From an uncultured Methanosarcinales archaeon (GTDB taxonomy: Archaea; Nanobdellota; Nanobdellia; Woesearchaeales; BS150m-G63), in contig CAZVVW010000008.1 in assembly GCA_964630685.1 (NCBI GenBank), positions 1-43,298 of the forward strand: a stretch of DNA of 43,298 bases. The letters run 5' to 3'. A program made the position numbers and the translations under genes. The notes under the pieces were generated by a model. It did not search any database, was not told the origin of the DNA, and saw only the letters and a list, made by a program, of their open reading frames with translations. Shown here piece by piece: positions 18,913-26,857 of this stretch (positions are counted from its first letter, which is position 1; each line of letters opens with the position of its first letter).

Positions 18913-20115
18913 TTATTTTTTTAACCAGTCTACTTCTTGAGAGTCTAATTCGAATTCTTGGATGATTTCTTCTGCCATTTGTTTGTTTTTTTTGAATATT
19001 GTTTGAATATATGGCATGTTTTTTATGCTTTGTTTTAGGGAAGTGTGAGTTTTTTCAGCTATTTTTACTGCTATTGATTTTCTTTTTTGATAAGTCATGT
19101 TTGCCCTCCATAATTTTAAGATTCTTTTTGTGGGGGTATATTTTATGAATTGTTTGTATTTTTCATCTTTGCTCAATGCTACTCCTGCTGTTAGAAGTGC
19201 GTTAATATGTGAGAGGAAACGCCAATGTTGCCATCTTCTTATTCTTCCTTGAAATACATCTGCTTTTGACAGTTTGTCGTATGCACTGGCAAGATTCTTT
19301 GGTTTAGTGTATTCTTTTGGAATATTTTCATCTAACCAGAGAAATCGTTTGTTGAAATCTTCTTGAACATCATCAAACGCAGTTAGTGCTATTTTGGGAT
19401 CCATTGTTTTGAATATTTTCATAAGTGCGCTAATCATACTTTGAGTTTTATTTCTTTGAGAAGTTTGTTCAATATCTTCTTTAAGTAGTGTTTTTTTATC
19501 TTGACAAGTCATTTGAAGATCATTTATTGCACCTCTGAGGTCTCCACCAGCCATTCTTGCCATGCTTTTTAATGTAGATTCATCGTATTTTATGGATTCA
19601 GAGGTGCATATTTTTTTTAGTACTGCGAAGACTGAAAGGTAGTTTAAAGTGTGGAATTGTATGAGGTTTGCTTTTTTTCTTAATGTGCTAAATTTGGAAT
19701 CCCAAGGATCGTTTGCTGTGAGAATTATTGGAAATGCGCTTTTTTCTATTATTTTAGTTATTGCAGAAATTCCCCCTCTATCTTTTGTGCCTGATAGGCC
19801 ATCTACTTCATCAATCAATATTATTTTTCCTTTGTTGAACAAACTCATCTGAGTAGCGGCAGAACCTATTAGGCTATTTATTTCTTCTTTGTTTCTTGTG
19901 TCAGAAGCATTTACTTCTATTATTTCTAAATCTAATTCTTTTGCTAAAGCATGTGCAGTGGCTGTTTTTCCAGAACCAGTTGGGCCATAAATCAATGTAG
20001 CTTTTTTAGTTTTTTTGAAGTTAGCTATAGATTCTTTTAGTTGTTTTAGTGCAGTATCTTGGCCTCGTATATCTAATAATTCTTTTGGCTGATACTTTTT
20101 AACCCAAGGTTTCAT
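18913..20115 (-). CDS. rfcL: Replication factor C large subunit
   Basis: PWVKKYQP, GPTGSGKT, EVNASDTR, ILIDEVDG, GDLRGAINDLQ, WLDENIP, LSKADVFQGRI. Confidence 0.95.
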   Translation of the reverse strand: MKPWVKKYQPKELLDIRGQDTALKQLKESIANFKKTKKATLIYGPTGSGKTATAHALAKELDLEIIEVNASDTRNKEEINSLIGSAATQMSLFNKGKIILIDEVDGLSGTKDRGGISAITKIIEKSAFPIILTANDPWDSKFSTLRKKANLIQFHTLNYLSVFAVLKKICTSESIKYDESTLKSMARMAGGDLRGAINDLQMTCQDKKTLLKEDIEQTSQRNKTQSMISALMKIFKTMDPKIALTAFDDVQEDFNKRFLWLDENIPKEYTKPKNLASAYDKLSKADVFQGRIRRWQHWRFLSHINALLTAGVALSKDEKYKQFIKYTPTKRILKLWRANMTYQKRKSIAVKIAEKTHTSLKQSIKNMPYIQTIFKKNKQMAEEIIQEFELDSQEVDWLKK

Positions 20116-20218
20116 GGGTTAGAATAAGAGAAGTTTATTTATTAAGTTTGTTGTGATTGATTAGAGAGTTTAGATTTTTATGTTTTTTAGTATTTTTAAT
20201 GTTTTTAAGCTATTATGT

Positions 20219-20234
20219 GGAAACTTTTATAAAT
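20219..20234 (+). promoter_or_regulatory. BRE + TATA box for valS
   Basis: GGAAACTTTTATAAAT; its spacing fits a leaderless start at ATG 20257 rather than 20236. Confidence 0.55.
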
Positions 20235-20256
20235 TATGGCCTTTAGTTTATTTCTT

Positions 20257-22671
20257 ATGCTTGATAAAAGATATAATGCGGAAGAGATAGAAAAGAAATG
20301 GCAAGATTTTTGGGAAAAGAATAAATTTTACAAGTTTAATCCTAAAAGTAAAAAGCCAATTTATTCAATAGATACTCCTCCACCATATGCTTCTTCAGGT
20401 CATTTACACATAGGTCATGCTTTACATTATACCCAGTTTGAAATAATAGCAAGATTCAGAAGAATGAATGGATTTAATGTCCATTTCCCTCCTTGTTTTG
20501 ATAATAATGGATTGCCTACAGAAAAATATGTAGAAGAGAAGTTTAAAATTTCTAAAGCAGATACTACTAGGGCTGAATTTAGAAAATTATGTTTAAAAGA
20601 ATCAAGAGATGTTGAAAAAGCATATTCTGATAAAGTGTTTAAGAGATTAGGACATAGTTATGATTGGGATTTAATGTATACTACAATAGATTCAGAGGCA
20701 CAGAAGGTTTCACAGTTTTCTTTTATTGACTTGTATGAAAAAGGGCACGTTTATAGGGCAGAAGAGCCAACTTTATGGTGTCCATATCATCAGACTGCAC
20801 TTGCACAAGCAGAACTCGAAGGAGTGGATAGAAACACCACACTTAATTATATTTATTTTGAACTTGTTGATGGTGGAAAAATAGAGATTGCTACAACAAG
20901 ACCTGAATTATTACCTGCTTGTGTTGGCATATTTGTGCATCCAGATGATAAAAGGTATAAAAAATTAGTTGGTAAAAAAGTAGTTGTTCCTTTATTTGGT
21001 CAGAAAGTAAAAATAATGAAGGATGAACATGTGGATATGGAATTTGGTTCTGGGATTGTTATGATATGTACTTTTGGAGATACAACAGATATTGAATGGT
21101 GGAAAAAATATAAGTTGGATTTAAAAGTTTGTGTTACTAAAAATGGAGAATTAAATGAACTTGGTGGAAAATACAAGGGTATGAAATTTGCAGAAGCAAA
21201 ACAGGCCATTATTGGAGATATTGATAAGGAAGGATTGTTGATAAAACAAGAAAAATTACAACAAAATGTTAATACTTGTTGGAGATGCAATACTCCTGTT
21301 GAATTTATAGTTACAAAACAGTGGTTTATCAAAGCATTGAAATTTAAGAAAGAATTAATAAAACAAGGAAGAAAAATTAATTGGTATCCTGATTTTTACC
21401 GTGTTAGGTATGAAGATTGGACAAAAAATCTTGGATGGGATTGGTGTATTTCTAGACAGAGATTTTATGGAGTTCCGATGCCTATTTGGTATTGTAAAGA
21501 TTGTGGCAAAGAAGTCGTGGCAGAAAAATCTGAACTTCCCATTGACCCTACTATTAAAAAACCTTCTAAAAAATGTAAATGTGGTTCTGATAAATTTGAA
21601 GCAGAAGATGATGTGTTTGATACGTGGATGACTTCAAGTATGAGTCCTGAAATTTCAGTAAGATGGCTTGAGAATCCAAAGGAATTTAAGAATAGATTTC
21701 CAACAAGTTTAAGACCTCAATCACATGATATAATCAGAACTTGGGCATTTTACACTATTCTAAAATCTTATTTACATTTTAATGAAATTCCTTGGAAAGA
21801 TATTGCTTTAGGAACTTATATCTTGGATGATAAAGGAAGGGGGATGCATAAAAGTAAAGGAAATGTTGTGTGGACACATGAAGTGCTTGATAATTATGAT
21901 GTAGATACACTTAGATATTGGGTTGGAACTGCAACTCTGGGAGAGGATTTGGCATTTAAAGAGAATGATCTTATTGCTGGAAGGAAGTTTTTAACTAAAC
22001 TATGGAATGCTTCACGATTTGTATTGATGCATCTTGAGAATTATTCGCCTAAGAAAGTAGAATTAGAATTGATGGATAAATGGCTGATATCTAAAATGAA
22101 TAAGGTAATCAAAGAAGCTACTGATAATTTTATGAAATATAATACTAGTGTTTCTAAAAAAGCAGTTGAACAGTTTTTTTGGCATGATTTGTGTGATAAT
22201 TATTTAGAGATTGTAAAAAGTGCATTGTATGATGAAAAAGGGGGTGCTAGGAAAGAATCAGCTAAATATGTTCTGTATTATTCTTTACTTAATGTATTGA
22301 AAATAATTGCACCAATAGTACCTCATATTTCAGAAGAGATATATCAGAAATATTATGCTAAACAAGAAGGAGATAAAAGTGTTCATATAAGTGAATGGCC
22401 CAAATATGATGAAGAGTTTGTTGATAAGAATGCTGAAGATATTGGCGGAATTGTTATTAATATTGTTTCTGCTGTTAGGAAGTATAAAACTGGAAAAGGA
22501 TTATCATTGAAAACAGAATTAAGTAAATTAGTGATAGAATGTGATAAGAAAATAGAAAAGAATCTTGAAAAAGCATTTGATGATTTGAAAGGAACTTTGA
22601 AGGTCGAAAAGATAGAGTTTGGAAAAGCTAAAGAGGGTGTAGGTAAAGTTAAGATTTCTATTTCTGAATAA
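20257..22671 (+). CDS. valS: Valine--tRNA ligase, archaeal type (ORF track start 20236)
   Basis: SIDTPPP, HLHIGH, DNNGLPTE, ATTRPELL, DWCISRQR, DVFDTW, LRPQSHDIIRTW, GMHKSKGN. Confidence 0.96.
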   Translation: MLDKRYNAEEIEKKWQDFWEKNKFYKFNPKSKKPIYSIDTPPPYASSGHLHIGHALHYTQFEIIARFRRMNGFNVHFPPCFDNNGLPTEKYVEEKFKISKADTTRAEFRKLCLKESRDVEKAYSDKVFKRLGHSYDWDLMYTTIDSEAQKVSQFSFIDLYEKGHVYRAEEPTLWCPYHQTALAQAELEGVDRNTTLNYIYFELVDGGKIEIATTRPELLPACVGIFVHPDDKRYKKLVGKKVVVPLFGQKVKIMKDEHVDMEFGSGIVMICTFGDTTDIEWWKKYKLDLKVCVTKNGELNELGGKYKGMKFAEAKQAIIGDIDKEGLLIKQEKLQQNVNTCWRCNTPVEFIVTKQWFIKALKFKKELIKQGRKINWYPDFYRVRYEDWTKNLGWDWCISRQRFYGVPMPIWYCKDCGKEVVAEKSELPIDPTIKKPSKKCKCGSDKFEAEDDVFDTWMTSSMSPEISVRWLENPKEFKNRFPTSLRPQSHDIIRTWAFYTILKSYLHFNEIPWKDIALGTYILDDKGRGMHKSKGNVVWTHEVLDNYDVDTLRYWVGTATLGEDLAFKENDLIAGRKFLTKLWNASRFVLMHLENYSPKKVELELMDKWLISKMNKVIKEATDNFMKYNTSVSKKAVEQFFWHDLCDNYLEIVKSALYDEKGGARKESAKYVLYYSLLNVLKIIAPIVPHISEEIYQKYYAKQEGDKSVHISEWPKYDEEFVDKNAEDIGGIVINIVSAVRKYKTGKGLSLKTELSKLVIECDKKIEKNLEKAFDDLKGTLKVEKIEFGKAKEGVGKVKISISE

Positions 22672-22780
22672 TTTCGAATGATTTACGGTTTTTTCGAAAA
22701 GTTAATAAATAAGTTTTATATTTTATATATTTTATATATTTCTTTGTATTAGGGGTGAAGGTAGTAGTGGAGGCGATTAG

Positions 22781-23431
22781 ATGAATAGAAAAAAACCAGT
22801 TATGAATAAAAGAGAACAAATAAATAAGGAATTTGATTATTTTGATGCTGAAAAACAAGATTTGGGTGAAATGCTTTCAAATATTGGTGTGGCACTTCCA
22901 GATTCTTCTGGTTCTGTAAATAGTTCTTATGAAAAAAAGAATGATGGTGAATTTAATGTTGGTATTGAAAAATATAATGAAATTATAAAAACAGATAATT
23001 TACCTAATGCAAATTATATTGCAACTCCAAGTGCCATAAGGGAGATTATGGGCATTAAAAGGGAGTATGGCGTTTATCCTTTAGAGAAGTTAATTGTGGA
23101 TTTTGATGAATGTCAAGTTAGTCAAAAAATATCTGAAGGTAGAATTTATTTAATTAGTACATTTTCTGATTCAGTTGTTGAAGGTTTAGGGCATGAACCT
23201 AATATGGAAAAATATATTCTTGCAAATTATGAGGATGAGGATGTTTTGAAAGACATAAAAGGTTTTGTTGAAGTAAAAACTAATTCCCCTTTAGAAACTG
23301 ATATAATTTCTATATGTGATCTTGATAAGCAAACCCAGAAAAAGATAAATAATTTAAAGTATGGTGGATCAACTCATGACCTTTGGGAGCCATTCGATCA
23401 TGCTTGGGAAGACGAACATGCACGAGATTAA
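22781..23431 (+). CDS. Hypothetical acidic protein
   Basis: 216-aa ORF with GGAGG Shine-Dalgarno upstream; no recognised motif. Confidence 0.7.
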   Translation: MNRKKPVMNKREQINKEFDYFDAEKQDLGEMLSNIGVALPDSSGSVNSSYEKKNDGEFNVGIEKYNEIIKTDNLPNANYIATPSAIREIMGIKREYGVYPLEKLIVDFDECQVSQKISEGRIYLISTFSDSVVEGLGHEPNMEKYILANYEDEDVLKDIKGFVEVKTNSPLETDIISICDLDKQTQKKINNLKYGGSTHDLWEPFDHAWEDEHARD

Positions 23432-23648
23432 ATATAGTGGAAAGAGTATTGATGAGCTTTTTGAAGAAGCAGATATATTAATTTCTAAAGTTAAGGAAGG
23501 GCATAAAGAGATAAATAAGTATCTTCAAAAGCTTGAGAAAATGCAGGAGAATGGAGTTATAGAGAATTTTGTGATGTATAGGGTTGCAGAAAAAGCTCAT
23601 TCTTTATTAGATGAAGCGAAAAAAGAAAATAAGATGTTGTATAATTAA
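23418..23648 (+). CDS. Small hypothetical helical protein (ORF track start 23361)
   Basis: In-frame ATG at 23418 (MHEIKYSGK...) overlaps the previous gene end by 14 nt. Confidence 0.55.
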   Translation: MHEIKYSGKSIDELFEEADILISKVKEGHKEINKYLQKLEKMQENGVIENFVMYRVAEKAHSLLDEAKKENKMLYN

Positions 23649-25036
23649 TTAATCTGTTTCCATTTAATTCCTTGTCGAGTATCTTCAAGGAGTATACCTT
23701 TTTCTTTTAATTTGTCTCTGAGTTTGTCTGCAGTTTTCCAGTCTTTTTCTTTTCTTGCTGTTTCTCTTTTTTCTATTAATTGTTTTATATTTTCAGGAAT
23801 TGTTTTTTCTTTAAAATCAATGATGCCCAATATTTTGTCGAATTTTTCCATTAATGATATTATTTCTTTTTTGTTTTCTTTTCCTATTTTATTTTGAGAG
23901 ATTAAAGTGTTGATAGTTCTTATGAAATTAAATATTTCTGAGAGTGCGATCGGGGTGTTTAAGTCATCATCCATTGCAGATTCAAATCCTTTTTTTACTT
24001 TGGTTAAGATTGATTTGATGTTTGAATCAGTTCCATTCGCTGTTTTTACTTTATCTATGAAATCCTGAAGTCTTTGTAATGTGTTTCTTGCAGCATCTAA
24101 TGCTTTGAAAGTAAAATTTAATTGTTGTTTATAATGGGATGAGAGTAATAAGTATCTAATTTCTTTTCCTGAATATCCTTTTTTGATTAAATCTCTTAAA
24201 GTATAGAAGTTTCCAAGAGATTTTGACATTTTTTTATTTTCAACTAAAAGATGTTCACAGTGCATCCAATAATTTACAAATTTTTTTCCTGTTGCAGCTT
24301 CACTTTGAGCAATTTCATTGGTGTGGTGAGGAAATATTAAATCAACACCCCCGCAGTGGAGGTCAAATGTTTCTCCTAAATATTTAGCTGACATGACTGA
24401 ACATTCTATGTGCCATCCAGGTCGCCCCTTTCCTAGTTCTGTTTTCCAAAAAACATTTTTATCGCTCGAGTCCCATGCTTTCCATAAAGCAAAATCCGAA
24501 AGGGATTCCTTTTCATATTCATCATGAGTTATTCTTGCCCCTGCCTTTAATCCTTTCATATCTAGATTGGCTAGTTTTGCATAGTTTTTAAATTTTGAGA
24601 CTGAATAATAAATAGAACCATCTTTTCCTTTGTAAGCAAAACCTTTTTTTAGGAGAATGTTTATTGTTTTTACAATTTCTTTTATATGTTTAGTTGCTTC
24701 TGGGAGAATGTGTGCTTTTTTTATGTTTAATGTTTCTAAATCTTCAAAAAAAGAGAGTTTGTATTTTTTAGTATAGTTGTTTAAAGAGGTGTTGTGGACG
24801 ATTGAATTTTTAATGGTTTTATCGTCTACATCTGTTATGTTCATTACATGTTTGACTTTATAATTGAGGTATTCTAAATACCTTCTTAGAATATCTTCAA
24901 AAATATAACTTCTAAAATTGCCTATGTGGGCATAATCATAAACAGTTGGGCCACAAGTATAGAGTTTTACTTCTTGTTTGTTAATTGGCGTAAATACTTC
25001 TTTTTTTCGTGTTAAGGTGTTGTATATTTTTAGCAT
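23645..25036 (-). CDS. cysS: Cysteine--tRNA ligase
   Basis: YTCGPTVYDYAHIGN, NITDVDDK, DFALWK, GRPGWHIEC, DLIFPHHTNEIAQ, KMSKSLGN. Confidence 0.98.
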   Translation of the reverse strand: MLKIYNTLTRKKEVFTPINKQEVKLYTCGPTVYDYAHIGNFRSYIFEDILRRYLEYLNYKVKHVMNITDVDDKTIKNSIVHNTSLNNYTKKYKLSFFEDLETLNIKKAHILPEATKHIKEIVKTINILLKKGFAYKGKDGSIYYSVSKFKNYAKLANLDMKGLKAGARITHDEYEKESLSDFALWKAWDSSDKNVFWKTELGKGRPGWHIECSVMSAKYLGETFDLHCGGVDLIFPHHTNEIAQSEAATGKKFVNYWMHCEHLLVENKKMSKSLGNFYTLRDLIKKGYSGKEIRYLLLSSHYKQQLNFTFKALDAARNTLQRLQDFIDKVKTANGTDSNIKSILTKVKKGFESAMDDDLNTPIALSEIFNFIRTINTLISQNKIGKENKKEIISLMEKFDKILGIIDFKEKTIPENIKQLIEKRETARKEKDWKTADKLRDKLKEKGILLEDTRQGIKWKQIN

Positions 25037-25079
25037 AAATGTTAATGTGCTTATCTAGTATTTAAATTTTAAGAAAAAA

Positions 25080-25152
25080 AGCGGGAGGAGGGATTCGAAC
25101 CCCCGAATAATCGGGTTGCAGCCGATCGCCTTAGCCACTTGGCTACCCCCGC
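25080..25152 (-). tRNA. tRNA-Cys(GCA), intronless
   Basis: GCGGGGGTAGCCAAGTGGCTAAGGCG-ATCGG-CTGCAAC-CCGAT-TATTC-GGGGG-TTCGAAT-CCCTC-CTCCCGC-T; U73 discriminator; T-tract follows. Confidence 0.96.
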
Positions 25153-25176
25153 AATAATGTGCATAAGAATTATATG

Positions 25177-25191
25177 ATTTAAAAAACTTTT
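25177..25191 (-). promoter_or_regulatory. BRE + TATA box for tRNA-Cys
   Basis: AAAAGTTTTTTAAAT on the minus strand, ending 25 nt before the tRNA 5' end. Confidence 0.55.
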
Positions 25192-25214
25192 GATTTAAAA
25201 TCAATAAGGTAAAC

Positions 25215-25405
25215 AATTAGAATTACTTATTTCTTTTCTTTATTAATTTCTTAATCTCTTCTAAATCTTTCTGAATGTCTTCTATGGTTTGGAAGATTTT
25301 TCTGACAAACTGTTGAAGACACCAACACAACAATAATTAGAATTACTTATTTCTTTTCTTTATTAATTTCTTAATCTCTTCTAAATCTTTCTGAATGTCT
25401 TCTAT
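25215..25405. repeat. 71-bp exact direct repeat of the DUF1003 gene 3' end, 49-bp spacer
   Basis: 25215-25285 equals 25335-25405 (AATTAGAATTACTTATTTC...GAATGTCTTCTAT). Confidence 0.92.
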
Positions 25406-25750
25406 TTCACGTTCTGCTTTTCTATTTATAGCATAATCATATTCTGATCTTCTTCTATCTCTTTCTGCAGATCTGTTTTGACTCATCAAAATTATTGGAG
25501 CCTGAAATGCAGCTAAACAAGATAAAACGAGATTTAGAAGAATAAAAGGATAAGGATCCCAAACACCTAGAAGAATTAATGTAGTGTTAAAGATCATCCA
25601 TACAATTAAAATTGCAATTAAACTGAGTACAAAAACCCATGAGCCACCCCATTTTGCAATACCATCGGATGCTCTTTGACCTATATTTAGTTTAGAAGGG
25701 GTTATTTTATGGGGTAAAATTTTATGTTTTAATTTGTCACTTATGTTCAT
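25343..25750 (-). CDS. DUF1003 family membrane protein
   Basis: GQRASDGIAKWGGSW, WDPYPFILLNLVLSCLAAFQAPIILMSQNR, DYAINRKAE. Confidence 0.92.
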   Translation of the reverse strand: MNISDKLKHKILPHKITPSKLNIGQRASDGIAKWGGSWVFVLSLIAILIVWMIFNTTLILLGVWDPYPFILLNLVLSCLAAFQAPIILMSQNRSAERDRRRSEYDYAINRKAEREIEDIQKDLEEIKKLIKKRNK

Positions 25751-25785
25751 TTTCTTTTTATTGATTTATTAGTTTAAAAAACTTT

Positions 25786-26856
25786 CTAAAGGTAAATATT
25801 AATTGTTTCTTCAGGCCAACCTTGTTCAATCAATTCTTTTTTTATTTTTTCTTTAGTTGTTTGATTTTTTAGCTGTGCATGAATCCAATTTTTTAAAGAT
25901 TCTATCTCCTTTTTACCGTGCATGTGTAGGTGAGGACTTAATTTTTTTATGTAGTTGCAATGTTTATGAAAATTTGAGAGTTTATCTTGGAATTTTATGT
26001 GTCTTTGCTGTGAGTCTAAGAAAAGGTTTTCAATCTTATCTGATTTATCGTTAATTTTCAGTTCTGTAGTTTTCATCTGTTGCCAGATTCCCTTTATTTC
26101 TTGGTTGAGTTTTTTTAACTCTTCTTTTTCTGATAAGATTTGATTAATATGGTCTTTTCTTTTAATTGTTTCTGCATCAATATCTAACATATGTTCAATT
26201 TTTTTTAATTCCCGGATTTTTAATTTGATATCATTAAATTCTTTTCTTACATCTCCTAATAATTCTTCTAATTTTTGTGAGTTTTCTTTTATGTTCCTTA
26301 GATCTGCAGATTCTTTTTGGATATTGGTGAATATGTTTTCAACTTTGTTTGTGTTGATATCAACGCTTGACGCAATTTTTTTTATATCTATTAATTCTTT
26401 TTTTACTTCTTGGTTGAGTTTGAGTACTTCTTCTGTTCCTTTAAATGCCTTAATTTTTGTTTTTACATCTTTGATTTCTCCTATAATGTTATTTGATATT
26501 TTTTCATAATTTTCTAATTTTGCTTGAATGGCCTGTGTCTTTACATCAACTTTACTTACTTCGAAAAGAAGTTTTTCTGGTTTGACTTCTTTTACTAAAT
26601 CTATTGATTTTATTGCATCTGCCTCAAGGTCTTTGATTTGTTTTTCTCTTTCTGCAATAGAACTTCTTAATTCACCTATTTGTTCATTTACTCTAGCTAT
26701 TTTTTCAGTATCTCCTTTTTTACTTTCCATTAAGAAATTCATCAAAGCATTGACTTTTTCAACCTTGGCTGTAAGTTGAGCTATAGAAAGATCATTAGAA
26801 TTATTACTAGGCTCATCTATAGATGGTTCTCCTTTCAACTCTTTTTTCCATAACAT
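25786..26856 (-). CDS. Long coiled-coil protein with C-terminal small helical motif
   Basis: Heptads over about 280 aa; ends WIHAQLKNQTTKEKIKKELIEQGWPEETI; ATG 1 nt after the giant gene stop; GAGGT Shine-Dalgarno. Confidence 0.85.
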   Translation of the reverse strand: MLWKKELKGEPSIDEPSNNSNDLSIAQLTAKVEKVNALMNFLMESKKGDTEKIARVNEQIGELRSSIAEREKQIKDLEADAIKSIDLVKEVKPEKLLFEVSKVDVKTQAIQAKLENYEKISNNIIGEIKDVKTKIKAFKGTEEVLKLNQEVKKELIDIKKIASSVDINTNKVENIFTNIQKESADLRNIKENSQKLEELLGDVRKEFNDIKLKIRELKKIEHMLDIDAETIKRKDHINQILSEKEELKKLNQEIKGIWQQMKTTELKINDKSDKIENLFLDSQQRHIKFQDKLSNFHKHCNYIKKLSPHLHMHGKKEIESLKNWIHAQLKNQTTKEKIKKELIEQGWPEETINIYL

Positions 26857-26857
26857 T

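Noticed and set aside
15727..25152. Integrated element at either tRNA
   Set aside because: No integrase and no duplicated tRNA 3' end; the flanking genes are housekeeping.
25215..25405. CRISPR-like repeat-spacer-repeat
   Set aside because: The repeat is 71 bp, has only two copies, is coding sequence, and no cas genes are present.
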